Shown here: one piece after another, positions 42,151-56,353 of the stretch | Layout of the letters: every line of letters begins with the position of its first letter | Position numbering within the stretch: position 1 is the first letter of the stretch | NCBI GenBank assembly: GCA_043821645.1 | Contig: JBDRCO010000087.1 | Coordinates: 256,001 to 320,000, forward strand | Source: Pseudomonadota bacterium | GTDB lineage: Bacteria > Myxococcota > JACRCW01 > JAFGSX01 | Direction of reading: 5' to 3' | Length of the DNA: 64,000 bases | Translations under genes and position numbers: made by a program | Notes under the pieces: generated by a model | What the model saw: the letters and a program-made list of their open reading frames with translations, nothing else | What the model was told of the DNA's origin: nothing | The model's database searches: none

Positions 42151-43569
42151 TCAAGGTAAGCGGCTGTCCTCGCGCAGACCGAGCTCGCGCATCTTGAGCT
42201 GGAGGCTCTTGCGGCTGATCTTGAGCCGCTGTGCCGCCTGGGTCACGTTGCCCTGGGTCTCCCCGAGAGCGCGCCGGATGAGCTCCCGTTCCAGGTCCGC
42301 GGTGGCGCGCCGGACCACGTCCTTGAGCGAGGCCCCATCGAGCTGTGCAGCCCGGGCCAGGTTACTGCCCGCGACATCGGCCCGCACCAGGGCCGCGCTG
42401 CGCATGGTCAGCTCCGGCGGCAGGTCCGCAGCCTCGATGGCCGGCCCATCGCTGAACAGCAGCGTGCGCTCCACGATGTTCTCGAGCTCGCGGATGTTGC
42501 CGGGCCAGGGATAGCCGCGCAGCACCGTCATGGCCTCGTCGCTGAAGCGCTCGACCTCGCGCCCGAGGCGGGCGTTGAAGTGACGCCGGAAGTGCTCGAC
42601 CAAAAGCGGGATGTCCGAGGGCCGCTGGCGCAGCGGGGGCAGGTGGATGGGGACCACGGCGAGGCGGTAGTACAGGTCCTCGCGAAAGCTGCCCTCGCGC
42701 ACGGCCTGGGCGAGGTCGCGGTTGGTGGCTGTGATCAGCCGCACGTCGATCTGTATGGTCTTGACCCCGCCGATGTGCTCGAAGGCCTTCTCCTGCAGGG
42801 CGCGCAGAAGCTTGACCTGGATCTCCAGGGGGATCTCGGCCACCTCGTCGAGGAACAGGCTGCCCCGGTCGGCCAGCTCGAAGCGTCCGGGCTTGGTGGC
42901 GGTGGCCCCGGTGAAGGCACCGCGATCGTGACCGAACAGTTCGCTCTCGATGAGGCCGTGCGGGATGGCGGCGCAGTGAATCTTGATGAAGGGTCGTTCG
43001 CGTCGCGAAGAACACCGGTGCAGGGCCGTGGCGACGAGTTCCTTGCCCGTGCCGCTCTCACCGCTGATCAGGACCGTCGATGGCGTGTCGGCCACGCGCT
43101 CGATGAGCTCGACCACGCTGCGCAGCTCGGCGCTCTCGCCCACCAGGATCTGGCTGGTCGGGTCGCTGCCCTGGGTCTCCTGCTCGCCCAGGGCCCGGCT
43201 GGCCGCGGCCTTTTGCACCACCGCCAGCAGCTCATCCTGCTCGAAGGGCTTGGTGATGAAGTCGAAGGCGCCGGCCTTGAGCGCCTCGACCGCGTTGTCG
43301 ACGGTGCCATGGGCGGTGATCAGGATGACCGGCAAGTCCGCGTGGCTCTTGCGCAGGGCGCGCAGCAGGTCCAGCCCGTCGGTGTGCGGCATGCGCAGGT
43401 CGGTGACGACCACGCCCACGGGGTCGTCGTGGCGGCTCTGCTCGATCACGGACAGGGCGTGGCTGCCGTCGTGGGTCGCCACCACCTCGTAACCCGCCCG
43501 CCGCAGCGTGGCCGAGAGCACCGTGCGCAGGTTGGGTTCGTCGTCGGCGATGAGGACGCGGGTGCTCAT
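42151..43569 (-). CDS. sigma54-dependent response regulator (NtrC family)
   Basis: Receiver, GESGTGKE, GAFTGA, WPGNIRELEN, Fis-type HTH. Confidence 0.96.
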   Translation of the reverse strand: MSTRVLIADDEPNLRTVLSATLRRAGYEVVATHDGSHALSVIEQSRHDDPVGVVVTDLRMPHTDGLDLLRALRKSHADLPVILITAHGTVDNAVEALKAGAFDFITKPFEQDELLAVVQKAAASRALGEQETQGSDPTSQILVGESAELRSVVELIERVADTPSTVLISGESGTGKELVATALHRCSSRRERPFIKIHCAAIPHGLIESELFGHDRGAFTGATATKPGRFELADRGSLFLDEVAEIPLEIQVKLLRALQEKAFEHIGGVKTIQIDVRLITATNRDLAQAVREGSFREDLYYRLAVVPIHLPPLRQRPSDIPLLVEHFRRHFNARLGREVERFSDEAMTVLRGYPWPGNIRELENIVERTLLFSDGPAIEAADLPPELTMRSAALVRADVAGSNLARAAQLDGASLKDVVRRATADLERELIRRALGETQGNVTQAAQRLKISRKSLQLKMRELGLREDSRLP

Positions 43570-45725
43570 GCGGTGGCCGTGTCCTCGGGCTTCGGGGGGC
43601 TGGCTGCGACCGCGGCCACCGGCGAGCCTGCAGCAGGGGTGATCTCGGCAGAGGGCGCGGCTCCGAGGTCGCGCTCCGAGCGCACGGCGAGGTTGACGGG
43701 CAGGTGCACGCTGAACTCCGCACCCTCTCCTGGCTTGCTCCGAACGCCGATGCGACCGCCATGGGACTCGATGATGCGCTTGCAGATGGCGAGCCCGAGC
43801 CCGGTCCCGCCCTCGCGGGTCGAGAAGAAAGGCGCGAACAGCCGGGCGCGAACCTCGGGGGCGATGCCCGCTCCGCTGTCGCCGACCCGCAGTACCACGT
43901 GGCCGTCATCGGCGCTCATCGACGACGCCACGTGCTCGGTGTGCACGCTCAAGCGGCCGCTGCCGCGCATGGCCTGGACGGCGTTGAGGACCAGATTGAG
44001 GATCACCTGGCGCAGCTGGTCGATGTCGCCGCTGACCCGGGGCAAGGCGTCGGCGAGCTGCAGCTCCACGGTGACCGCCTCGGGGATCTCGCTGCCCTGG
44101 AGCAAGGTCAGGGTGCGCTGGATCGCGTCGTTGAGGTCGAAGGGCGCGAAGGTGCTGCTCGAGGGTCGGGCATAGTCCAGGAACTGGCTAACCACGCGCT
44201 CCAGGCGATTCACCTCGGACAGGATGATGTCGTAGAACTGCCGGGTCTCGTCCCGGGCCAGATCGGGTTCCAGGTACTGCACGGTGCTCTTGATGGCGCC
44301 CAGGGGATTGCGGATCTCGTGGGCCAGACCCGCGGCCATCTCGCCCAGCAAGGCCAGCCGGTCCCGCTCACGCAGCCGCTCGACCAGCCGTGAGTTCTCC
44401 AGCGCCACGGCCACCAGATCCGCCACTCGCACCAGCTGCGTGATCTCGTCGTTACTGAAGGCGCTCTCGATGCGCTCGTCGCGCAGGGTCAGCAAACCCA
44501 GCGCGCGGGTACTGCCGACGATGGGAATGACCAGGTCGGCGAACATGGCATCCAGGGCCTCGAGAAGGGGGCGTGTGGCTTCGGACTGCGCTCGTCGGCC
44601 GTCGACCAGGGCGTGGCCATCGAGCCTGTCCTGCAGGGTGTCGCGCTGCAGGGGTACGCGATCGGCCTGCACCGCGTCCAGGAGCACGCGCTCGAGGCCT
44701 GGCTCCAGGCGGTTCACCGGCCGGGGCCCGCGGAAGCTCGACAGGGTGAGCCCGAGGTCGCTGTCGCCGAGCAGGTAGAAGGCGCAGTGCGTGGCGCGCT
44801 TGCTGTTGTAGATGGTGTCGAGGACGCGGGTCTGCACGGCCTCGGCGTCGACCAGGGACAGCAGGGAATGCGACTGCTGGGCCAGGGTGCGCGCGAAGTC
44901 ACGCTGGCGTGCGAAGAAGGTGCGGGCGAAAGTTTCTTCGAGCCAGGCGCGAACGGGGTCGTAGAGGATGAGAATGATGGCCGAGGCGAGCAGGGTGTTG
45001 AACACGAACACGCCCGGCGCGCTGGCCCACAGCACCAGCACGCCGTAGACCGCCGCCAGGGTCAGGGCCAGGGCCGAGAACACGGCGGCCTTGGCCAGCA
45101 ACTCGTGCAGGTCGAGCAGCCGACGTCGCACCAGGGACTGGCTCATGAAATAGAGGTAGATGGCCGTGGCGATGCCGCCCGGCGGAGGCAGGGGCACCCC
45201 GAGGCCGGTCACCAGGTCCACCACCACCGCACCCAGCACCACCACGCCACCCACGGTCACGGTGCGCAGCCGCCAGCGCTCGACCTCACTTTCGACGTCG
45301 CGGGCCCGGCGCTCCATGGTCCAGACCAGGCTGCCCAGGATGCTCAGAGCGAGCACCGCTGCGGCAACCCGGATGGCCAGGTGGGAGTGCAGCGGGGTGG
45401 CCGCCAGCACCAGCAGGACCAGGGCCACCAGCCAGGCCAGGCGTCCTCGCCGCGCGGCACGTCCACCGTGATCCGACAGCAGGGCCTGAAAGAAGGCGGT
45501 GCCTCCGACCAGCACCAGGGAGGCCGAGGCCATGTGCCAGCCGTCAAAGTCCACGTCGCGGATCAGCGTGCGCAGGAACGACACCAGGAAGAACAGCGCT
45601 GCGCCGAGGGAGAAGGCGGCATAGCGCAGGCTCAGGGGCTTGCGATCGCGGATCAGCACGGCCACGGCCGTGGCCACACCCACGATCACCGCGACCAGCG
45701 CGGCCTGAGATGTGAAGCTGAACAT
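43566..45725 (-). CDS. Multi-TM GAF-containing sensor histidine kinase
   Basis: LAHEIRNPL H-box, NLVLNAVQAM, DSGAGI, GTGLGLAI; overlaps the regulator start. Confidence 0.93.
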   Translation of the reverse strand: MFSFTSQAALVAVIVGVATAVAVLIRDRKPLSLRYAAFSLGAALFFLVSFLRTLIRDVDFDGWHMASASLVLVGGTAFFQALLSDHGGRAARRGRLAWLVALVLLVLAATPLHSHLAIRVAAAVLALSILGSLVWTMERRARDVESEVERWRLRTVTVGGVVVLGAVVVDLVTGLGVPLPPPGGIATAIYLYFMSQSLVRRRLLDLHELLAKAAVFSALALTLAAVYGVLVLWASAPGVFVFNTLLASAIILILYDPVRAWLEETFARTFFARQRDFARTLAQQSHSLLSLVDAEAVQTRVLDTIYNSKRATHCAFYLLGDSDLGLTLSSFRGPRPVNRLEPGLERVLLDAVQADRVPLQRDTLQDRLDGHALVDGRRAQSEATRPLLEALDAMFADLVIPIVGSTRALGLLTLRDERIESAFSNDEITQLVRVADLVAVALENSRLVERLRERDRLALLGEMAAGLAHEIRNPLGAIKSTVQYLEPDLARDETRQFYDIILSEVNRLERVVSQFLDYARPSSSTFAPFDLNDAIQRTLTLLQGSEIPEAVTVELQLADALPRVSGDIDQLRQVILNLVLNAVQAMRGSGRLSVHTEHVASSMSADDGHVVLRVGDSGAGIAPEVRARLFAPFFSTREGGTGLGLAICKRIIESHGGRIGVRSKPGEGAEFSVHLPVNLAVRSERDLGAAPSAEITPAAGSPVAAVAASPPKPEDTATA

Positions 45726-45818
45726 GTGCCCCGCTCCCGTTGCGTGCTGAGGACGGCGTTATGGAACCACGCAGCACGCGGGGCAGCAAGTCCCGGCCCC
45801 GGGATCGCGGCTCGGGCC

Positions 45819-46841
45819 TCAGTAGCTGCTGGCGTCGAGCTTCACCTTGCCCCTGAACACCCAGTAGATGATCGAGGTGTAGGCGAGCACCAGGGGCATG
45901 CCTGTGAGCGCTACCACCAGCATGATGCCGAGCGTCTTTTCCGACGACGCAGCATTGTGGATGGTCAGCGAGAAGGCGACCTCGGGCGTTGACAGGATCA
46001 GGGTCGGGTACATGCCCAGGCCGAAGACCGCCATCAGCAGGAACATGGCCGCGCACGACGACAAGAAGCCCAGCAGCTCGCGGCCGTGATGGATCTCGCG
46101 CGGGATGTTGGCGACCACCAGCACGTTGGCCAGAGGCAGCACGAACAGCCAGGGGTGCGCGCGAAAGGGCTCGACCATGTGCGGGATGGACAGCAACGTG
46201 GCCAGGGTGGTGGCGGCGTAGCACAGCACGAAGGCGATGATGGCCGGCCGCACCCAGGTGCGCACCTGCGCCTGCAGCTCGCCCTCGGTCTTGAGCACCA
46301 GGTAGATGCTGCCGTGCATGGCGAACAGGGCCACCGTGGTCACACCCACCAGCAGCGGGAAGGGCGCCAGGAGATCGACGAAGGAGCCCGCGAACTCGAA
46401 CCTGTCGTCGAGCGGGATGCCGCGGGCGATGTTGCCCAGGGCCACCCCGATGAGCAGGGCTGCCAGCACACTGCCCACCGCGAAGCTGCGATCCCACAAG
46501 CTGCGCCACCAGGCCATGGGCTGCTTGCTGCGAAACTCGATGGCCACCGCGCGGAAGATCAACGAGAACAGGAGCAGCATGAAAGCCGTGTAAAAGCCCG
46601 AGAAGGCCGTGGCATAGACCTCGGGAAAGGCTGCGAACAGCGCGCCGCCGCCGGTGACCAGCCAGACCTCGTTGCCGTCCCACACCGGACCGATGGCGTT
46701 GATGAACACGCGGCGGTCGTGGTCCGTGCGGGTGAACAGGTGCAGCGCGCCCACGCCGAGGTCAAAGCCGTCGAGCACGGCATAGCCCGCGAACAGCACG
46801 CCCACGATGATGAACCAGATGCTCGGCAGATCCAGGTTCAT
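45819..46841 (-). CDS. cydB: Cytochrome bd ubiquinol oxidase subunit II
   Basis: [19 protein letters not shown]. Confidence 0.96.
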   Translation of the reverse strand: MNLDLPSIWFIIVGVLFAGYAVLDGFDLGVGALHLFTRTDHDRRVFINAIGPVWDGNEVWLVTGGGALFAAFPEVYATAFSGFYTAFMLLLFSLIFRAVAIEFRSKQPMAWWRSLWDRSFAVGSVLAALLIGVALGNIARGIPLDDRFEFAGSFVDLLAPFPLLVGVTTVALFAMHGSIYLVLKTEGELQAQVRTWVRPAIIAFVLCYAATTLATLLSIPHMVEPFRAHPWLFVLPLANVLVVANIPREIHHGRELLGFLSSCAAMFLLMAVFGLGMYPTLILSTPEVAFSLTIHNAASSEKTLGIMLVVALTGMPLVLAYTSIIYWVFRGKVKLDASSY

Positions 46842-48223
46842 GCGCGCTGACCTTTCGACACAAGGCCCGCGTCGACGGTCTCCCGGGCTGCAGCGTCACC
46901 GTCGCCAGGGTGCTCCGGACCGTGCTTGATCTTCTGATCGAGCAAGAAGAAGAAGGCCGCGAGCAGCAACAGGTAGATTGCCCCGAAGGAGATCAGCGAC
47001 CACAGCACCTGGCCCGCGCTCACCACACGGCTCAGGCCGTCGCTGGTGCGCAGGAGGCCATAGACGATCCAGGGCTGGCGCCCGATCTCGGCCGAGGCCC
47101 ATCCGAGCTGGTTGGCGGCCTGGGGCAGGATCACCCCCAGCACCAGGATGCGCAGCAGCCAGGGCTGCCGGTAGAGTCGGCCGCGCCACAGCAGCAGCAG
47201 TCCCAGCCCGCTCAGACCGATGAGGGCCATGCCCAGGGCCACCATCGCGTGGTAGGTCTGAAAAACCACGTTGACCGGCGGCCTGTCCTCGGGCGCGAAG
47301 GCCTCGAGGCCGGTGACGGGCGCCTGGGTGTCTCCGTGCACCAGGAAGCTCAGCATGCCGGGTAGGGCCAGACCGTACACCTGCTGCGTGTCCTCGTTGA
47401 CCCAGCCTGCGATGTACAGATCTGCAGCCGCGCTCACCGGATAGTGCCCCTCGAAGGCGGCCAGCTTGGCGGGCTGGGTCACGGCCACGGTCGACGCGCT
47501 GGAGTGTCCGGTGACCAGCTGCCCGAGCGAGGCCACGACGGAGAGCCCGAGCGCCAGGGGCAACGAGGCGCGCGCAAAGGCCTGGTGTTTCTTCTTCAAC
47601 AGGTAGTAGGCGCTGACGCTGATCACCAGCCAGGCCCCGGCCTGCCAGCAGCCCAGGACGGTGTGGCTCAGCCTGTCGACGGTCGAGGGATTGAACACCA
47701 CGGCCCAGAAGTCCGCGATCTCGGCGCGGGCGCGCATCCCTTCACCGACGATGTGATGGCCCGTGGGCGTCTGCTGCCAGGAGTTGGCCACCACGATCCA
47801 GATCGCCGAGAAGTGTGCCCCGAGGGCGACCATGACCGTGGCAAAGAAATGCACCGGTGGCCGCACCCGGCCCCAGCCGAAGAGCAGCAGCGCCAGAAAG
47901 CCCGACTCCAGGAAGAAGGCGAAGATGCCCTCGGCGGCCAGCGGACTGCCGAACACGTCGCCCACGAAGCGCGCGTAGGTCGACCAGTTGGTGCCGAACT
48001 GAAACTCCATGACGATGCCGGTGGCCACGCCGATGGCGAACACCAGCCCGAACACCTTGACCCAGAAGCGCGTCATCGCCTCGTGCACGGGATCGCGCGT
48101 GCGCAGGTACCAGCCTTCCATGAGCACCAGCAGCACACCCAGGCCGATGCTCAGCGGCGGAAACAGGTAGTGCACGCCTATGGTGAAGGCGAACTGCATG
48201 CGGGACAGGAAGGTGACATCCAT
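46838..48223 (-). CDS. cydA: Cytochrome bd ubiquinol oxidase subunit I
   Basis: [32 protein letters not shown]. Confidence 0.97.
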   Translation of the reverse strand: MDVTFLSRMQFAFTIGVHYLFPPLSIGLGVLLVLMEGWYLRTRDPVHEAMTRFWVKVFGLVFAIGVATGIVMEFQFGTNWSTYARFVGDVFGSPLAAEGIFAFFLESGFLALLLFGWGRVRPPVHFFATVMVALGAHFSAIWIVVANSWQQTPTGHHIVGEGMRARAEIADFWAVVFNPSTVDRLSHTVLGCWQAGAWLVISVSAYYLLKKKHQAFARASLPLALGLSVVASLGQLVTGHSSASTVAVTQPAKLAAFEGHYPVSAAADLYIAGWVNEDTQQVYGLALPGMLSFLVHGDTQAPVTGLEAFAPEDRPPVNVVFQTYHAMVALGMALIGLSGLGLLLLWRGRLYRQPWLLRILVLGVILPQAANQLGWASAEIGRQPWIVYGLLRTSDGLSRVVSAGQVLWSLISFGAIYLLLLAAFFFLLDQKIKHGPEHPGDGDAAARETVDAGLVSKGQRA

Positions 48224-48409
48224 GGCCAGGCTCTCGCTCGAGGGTCTTGCTCCTGACGCATCATGTCAATCGCATTTTTTCTTCACGACTGGCCAGCGCC
48301 GAGACGTCCAACAAGCATGGAGGCGGGCTGGGCCGGGTCCTGGCGCAGGCGCGACGCTCGCGCGGGGATCGTGCTAGAGTCCAGCGGTCTTTCCTGAAGA
48401 GGTGAAAAA

Positions 48410-49504
48410 ATGTCGAGCATGCTTCGAGTTCTTGGCCTTGGTCTCGCCATGATGGGCCTGCTGGTGGGTGCCTGCGACCGCTCGCCGGGCAACGACGACG
48501 ACGACATCGACAACCGGGTGCTGGTGCACGTGCTGGGCAGCCTGATGCGGGACGACGGCAGCGCCGCCGTCGGCATCAGCGTGCGCCTGGTGCGCGACGG
48601 CACCACCGTGCTGCAGGTGCTCACCGACGCCGAGGGCAAGTACGCCATCGACGTCGACGTCACCGAGGTGCAAACCGGCCAGGTGGGCATCCGCGCGCGG
48701 CTGACCGAGAGCGTCACCGCGGCCGAGGTGGGCGCGGACTTCACGGTGGTGGGCACCCTGATCAACCTGCCCATCCTGCGCTTTCTCGAGGCCCCCCTGA
48801 ACCCAACCGTCGAGACCGACGCCGTGGCCGTCACCATCCCCAACTACGCCGGTGGCGACGACAGGCGCCCGGCCAGCTACGAGCTCGAGGTGCGCACGCC
48901 GGACAACCAGCCCATCTTCGCGGTGCAGACCTCGGCCAGCTCCAGCGTGGTGCGCTTGCCCAAGCTGGTGCTCGAGGACTTCTCGGTGCTGCTGCGCCTG
49001 CGCGCCATCCTGTCCGGGAGCACCATCACCGGTGGCTTTGCCTCCTCGGTGGCGGCCGAACTCAGCGGCCTGAATGCGGCGCCGCTGTCGCGCGACATGA
49101 GCTGCGCCTATTCGAGCACCGACCAGCAGACCCCGCAGACCCTGGCGCCCTGTCCCATCACCGATGGCGATCTGACCACAGCCATGCCCCTCGATGTGGA
49201 CATCTGCGTCGATCCCAACCCCGCCGACAGCATCATGGAATGTGCGTCCACCTTCGAGAGCCTGGTCATTGATCTGGGCAGCGAGCAGAACATCGCCGCC
49301 ATCATCGTGCACAGCCTGGGCGAGGGCTCCAGCCTGCTGCTGCAGGTCTCCGCTGACAATGTGGCCTGGACCAACGTCACCATGCTGACCACCAGCAACT
49401 TCCTGTTCGAGAACCCGCTCACCGCGCGCTACCTGAAGCTGGGCTACCTGGGGACGGGCACTGGCACCGTGGTCGGTGGGCTCAACGAGATCGCGGTCTA
49501 TTAG
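48410..49504 (+). CDS. Lipoprotein with beta-sandwich domains and C-terminal discoidin/F5-8-like domain
   Basis: Lipobox VGAC; TDAEGKY; VIDLG..SADNVAW..ARYLKL..EIAVY. Confidence 0.65.
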   Translation: MSSMLRVLGLGLAMMGLLVGACDRSPGNDDDDIDNRVLVHVLGSLMRDDGSAAVGISVRLVRDGTTVLQVLTDAEGKYAIDVDVTEVQTGQVGIRARLTESVTAAEVGADFTVVGTLINLPILRFLEAPLNPTVETDAVAVTIPNYAGGDDRRPASYELEVRTPDNQPIFAVQTSASSSVVRLPKLVLEDFSVLLRLRAILSGSTITGGFASSVAAELSGLNAAPLSRDMSCAYSSTDQQTPQTLAPCPITDGDLTTAMPLDVDICVDPNPADSIMECASTFESLVIDLGSEQNIAAIIVHSLGEGSSLLLQVSADNVAWTNVTMLTTSNFLFENPLTARYLKLGYLGTGTGTVVGGLNEIAVY

Positions 49505-49510
49505 ATTCTG

Positions 49511-49762
49511 AGGGGCTGTCGGGCAGCCCCTCCCCCGGCGGCAGTGAATCCCCCCGGGGCCCCCTCCCAACCAGCACTGTCAAGGACATCTCGCTCCCAA
49601 AGGTCCTCGGTGCTGTCGGTCGTTGATCTGATGGGCTGTCGGCCCGCCCTGCCGTTCTTAGGGGTGGTCGGCCCACCCCTCGTCGACGGGAGTGAATCCC
49701 GTCGACTTCACCCCGGCAGCAATGCGCCAGAGTGAATCCGTCGCCATTCAGCCCTGGCAACA
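49511..49762 (+). repeat. Cluster of two-hairpin repeats (long copy 49511-49617, clean copy 49660-49721, partial copies)
   Basis: aggggtgg-TCGGC-ccacccct; gtcgacggga-GTGAA-tcccgtcgac; TTCACCCCGGCAGCA. Confidence 0.8.
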
Positions 49763-49798
49763 CCGATTTATTACTAGGGGCGCCCGTGCGGGCGCCAG

Positions 49799-50062
49799 CT
49801 ACAGTCCGTGCACCGAGCTCACCAGTTTGTCCCTGAAGTTCGTGCGCAGCTGGATCATGCTGGGGTGCTTGCGCTTGCCCGGGACGATGACCACGCTGCC
49901 GCCCGGTCTGTCCATGTCACCCTTGACCTCGGTGGGCGTGAAGATGATCTGCTGCCGCTTCGGGTAAAAAGTCGGCTGGCTGGTTGCGGACTGGGCCGAG
50001 GCCAGCGAGGCCAGGGTCCATGCCACCACGGCCAACAAGACAGTGACCCAGCGTGCGCGCAT
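49799..50062 (-). CDS. CglF/GltF-like adventurous gliding motility protein
   Basis: AAGGAGG RBS, signal peptide, IIF..EVKGDMDRPGG..SMIQLRTNFRDKLVSSVHGL pattern. Confidence 0.7.
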   Translation of the reverse strand: MRARWVTVLLAVVAWTLASLASAQSATSQPTFYPKRQQIIFTPTEVKGDMDRPGGSVVIVPGKRKHPSMIQLRTNFRDKLVSSVHGL

Positions 50063-50518
50063 CGCGACCTCCTTGCGCCGCCGGGAACCGGGGCTGGCGG
50101 CAGCTCTCAGGATACCATTTTCCGGCAGTGGCCGGGTTCTCGCACCCGCCGCCTGGCAGTGAGGGGGAGGCCTCGAGGGCGTCGGGACGCCCCGCTGGCG
50201 CTGCCTGCGCGTCGTCATACCTGGGGTGTATTCGTCCCATCGCGATAAAATTCTTTGATGACGGCGTTTGCCTGTTTGACGACGACAAAGGGGATTTTGC
50301 ACCTGGATTCAAAACGCTCCTGACGCACCACGTTATCTGTTGACACGGTGGGGCCACGAGGCTAGGAAACGCCCGTCTCGTTCATCACGAATGCGCGCGG
50401 GGACTGGCGGGGGGATTGCCGGATCGGCGCGTACCTGCAGTGCTGGCAGGCCGCGTTCTGCCGGACCAGCGCGAGCGAGTGAGGGGCCGCCTGACGCCCC
50501 AAGAGAAAGCAGGGCACT

Positions 50519-50950
50519 GTGGAACTCAACATCACCTTCATCGTGCAGCTCGCGATCTTCTTGACCGGCGTGCTGTGGCTGTCCGTTGTCCTGTTCAAGC
50601 CCATGCTGCAGCTGATCGAGGAGCGCGAGAAGCGCATCGAGGGCACGCGCCGCGAGGCCGAGAGGCTGATGACCTCGGGTGGCGAGAAGAGCGGCATCAT
50701 CGACATTCGCATCGAGGAAGCCCGCGCCCAGGCCATGGAGGAGAGGACGCAGCTGCGTGCCCAGGGCCAGAAGGTCTATCAGGGGCTGGTCGACGGCGCT
50801 CGCCAGCAGGCCCAGGACAAGCTGGGCAAGGCTCGCGAGGAGATCCAGAAAGCGCAGCGGGAAGCCTCTGCCACGCTCAAGCAAGAAGCCGACAACCTCG
50901 CCACGCTCATCGTGCAGCAGGTGGTCCCCGGCGCGGGAGGCAAGGCATGA
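50519..50950 (+). CDS. ATP synthase subunit b'
   Basis: N-terminal TM, LFKPM..EEREKRI, coiled coil; first gene of the F'FHAGDC operon. Confidence 0.88.
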   Translation: MELNITFIVQLAIFLTGVLWLSVVLFKPMLQLIEEREKRIEGTRREAERLMTSGGEKSGIIDIRIEEARAQAMEERTQLRAQGQKVYQGLVDGARQQAQDKLGKAREEIQKAQREASATLKQEADNLATLIVQQVVPGAGGKA

Positions 50951-51591
50951 CACGCTCCGTGACTCGCGCCCTGGCGGCCCTGGCCACCGGGATCCTCGCC
51001 ACGGCCCTCGCCGGCAGCGCCCTGGCCTCGGAGGGTGGTGGTCACGGTGGTGGCACACCGCACATCAATTGGTGGACCTTCACACCCGGACCCCACGAGG
51101 GTGCCGCTCTGGGCTGGCTGCTGGTGGATTTCGCGATCTTCGTCACCCTCGTCGTGGTGTTCGCGCGCAAGCCGCTCACCGAGTTCCTCGAGAGTCGCTC
51201 GCTCAAGATCCGGCGCGCCCTCGACGAGGCCAAGCAGGCCAAGGAGCAGGCCGAGGCCCGCGCGGCCGAGCTCGAAAAGCGCCTCAAGGACCTCGACAAG
51301 GAGATCGGCACTCTGCGCGATGACATCAAGCAGATGGGTGAACGCGAACGCACGCAGCTCGAGGCCGATGGCAAGAAGGCCGCCGAGCGCGTGGCCCAGG
51401 ATACCCAGTCCCAGGTCCAGAGCGAGCTCGACAGAGCCCGCGGAATTCTCAAGGCCGAGGCCGTGGCCCTGGCCATGGAGCTGGCCGAGCAGAAGCTGCG
51501 TGGTCAGCTCGGCGCCGCGGACTACCGCCGCCTCAATACCGAGTTTGTCCAGGGCTTCGGCGGTGAGCAGGGCAAGGAGGTGCGGCCATGA
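50947..51591 (+). CDS. atpF: ATP synthase subunit b
   Basis: DFAIF..ARKPLTEFLESR, coiled coil. Confidence 0.9.
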   Translation: MTRSVTRALAALATGILATALAGSALASEGGGHGGGTPHINWWTFTPGPHEGAALGWLLVDFAIFVTLVVVFARKPLTEFLESRSLKIRRALDEAKQAKEQAEARAAELEKRLKDLDKEIGTLRDDIKQMGERERTQLEADGKKAAERVAQDTQSQVQSELDRARGILKAEAVALAMELAEQKLRGQLGAADYRRLNTEFVQGFGGEQGKEVRP

Positions 51592-52130
51592 AGTCCGGCA
51601 CCGTGGCCCGTCGCTACGCTCGCGCTCTGCTGAACATCGCCCTGGATGAGAAGGCCCTGCAAGAGGTCGGTGGCGATCTCGAGAGTCTCGCTGGCATGCT
51701 GCGCCAGAACCCGCAGCTGGATGCCCTGATCAACAACCCCATGCTGAGCGGCCTCGAGCGCAGCGAGGTGGTGTTGCAGATCGCAGACAAGGCAGGGTTT
51801 CACCCCCTGACCCGCACCTTCCTCAAGCTTCTTGGTCACAAGGGGCGCCTGGGCTACGCCGAGGCCATTGCCGCGGCTTTCCGGGTACTCGCGGACCAGA
51901 CCCTGGGCAGGCTCCGCGCCGAGGTGCGGTCCACCGCGCCGCTCATGCCCGAGGAACTCCAGCAAATACAGAAGGCCCTGGCAGCACGCACCGGCAAGCA
52001 GATCATCGTCGACACGGCGACGGATCCTGACCTGCTCGGCGGTGTGGTGGCCCGGGTAGGGGACACGGTCTACGACTCGAGCGTGCGCTCTCACCTGAGG
52101 CGCCTGCGCCAGAGCATCGTCGAGGCCTGA
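51588..52130 (+). CDS. atpH: ATP synthase subunit delta
   Basis: [24 protein letters not shown]. Confidence 0.96.
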   Translation: MKSGTVARRYARALLNIALDEKALQEVGGDLESLAGMLRQNPQLDALINNPMLSGLERSEVVLQIADKAGFHPLTRTFLKLLGHKGRLGYAEAIAAAFRVLADQTLGRLRAEVRSTAPLMPEELQQIQKALAARTGKQIIVDTATDPDLLGGVVARVGDTVYDSSVRSHLRRLRQSIVEA

Positions 52131-52176
52131 GCACGACATCGAGCGGTCCGCCCGGGCGGGCCAGAGGGCACATACC

Positions 52177-53727
<1,551 letters not shown>

Positions 53728-54600
53728 GTGCCGTCCCTGAGAGACATCCGCAAGCGGATCAAGTCGGTCCAGAACACCGCCAAGATCACCGGCGCCATGA
53801 AGATGGTCGCTGCGTCCAAGCTGCGCCGCGCCCAGGAGTCGGTCGAGGCGGCCCGGCCCTACGCCCGCAAGATGCACCGGCTGCTCAGCGACGTCGCCCA
53901 GCGCGCCGCTCTCGAGGGCGAGCCGCCGCACCCGCTGCTGCAGAAGCGTGAGTTCGGTACCGTCGAGCTGGTGGTCATGACCTCGGACCGCGGCCTGTGC
54001 GGTGGCTTCAACAGCAACATCGCGCGTCGCGCCGATCGTTTCCTGTGGGAGCAGGCCGAGGAACACCACGAGATCCGGGTCTCGACCATCGGTCGCAAGG
54101 GCACCGACCACTTCAAGCGCAAGAAGCAGGAGCTGCGCACCGCCTACACCGGGGTGTTCGACGACCTGCGCTATGCCCGCGCCGCCGAGATCGCGACCGA
54201 GCTGTCGACCTCCTTTGTCCAGGACGAGGTCGACGCCGTGTACCTGCTGTACAACGAGTTCAAGAGTGCCATCAGCCAGAAGGTCACGGTGATGCAGCTG
54301 TTGCCCATCGAGCCGCTGGAGGCCGTCGAGAACGCCTCGGTCATCGAGTTCCAGTACGAGCCCAGCAAGGCCGAGATCCTGGACACCCTGCTGCCCAAGT
54401 ACCTGGCCACCGAGCTTTACCAGGCCCTGCTCGAGAGCTCGGCCAGCGAGCACGGCGCGCGCATGACCGCGATGGAAAACGCCACGCGCAACGCCAAGGA
54501 GATGATCGGCAAGCTGACCCTGCAGTACAACCGCGCCCGCCAGGCCGCCATCACCAAGGAGCTGATGGAGATCATCGCCGGCGCCGAAGCCCTGAACTAG
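53728..54600 (+). CDS. atpG: ATP synthase subunit gamma
   Basis: ITGAMKMVAASK, DRGLCGGFN, RQAAITKEL. Confidence 0.98.
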   Translation: MPSLRDIRKRIKSVQNTAKITGAMKMVAASKLRRAQESVEAARPYARKMHRLLSDVAQRAALEGEPPHPLLQKREFGTVELVVMTSDRGLCGGFNSNIARRADRFLWEQAEEHHEIRVSTIGRKGTDHFKRKKQELRTAYTGVFDDLRYARAAEIATELSTSFVQDEVDAVYLLYNEFKSAISQKVTVMQLLPIEPLEAVENASVIEFQYEPSKAEILDTLLPKYLATELYQALLESSASEHGARMTAMENATRNAKEMIGKLTLQYNRARQAAITKELMEIIAGAEALN

Positions 54601-54608
54601 GTTTCTAA

Positions 54609-56267
<1,659 letters not shown>

Positions 56268-56286
56268 AGCCCGCCACCGCGCGGGC

Positions 56287-56341
56287 GGGGTGATGGCCGT
56301 CGGATAGACTCCGGCGGCTGCGTGGGCGGGCCGGCCGCCCC
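56287..56341 (-). repeat. Degenerate copy of the two-hairpin repeat between atpD and atpC
   Basis: Reverse complement gggcgg-CCGGC-ccgccc..gccgccgga-GTCTA-tccgacggc-catcacccc. Confidence 0.6.
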
Positions 56342-56353
56342 ATCGAGGCAACC

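Noticed and set aside
48253-48269. FNR-like site upstream of cydA (tgac-N7-gtca)
   Set aside because: Half-site spacing does not fit TTGAT-N4-ATCAA
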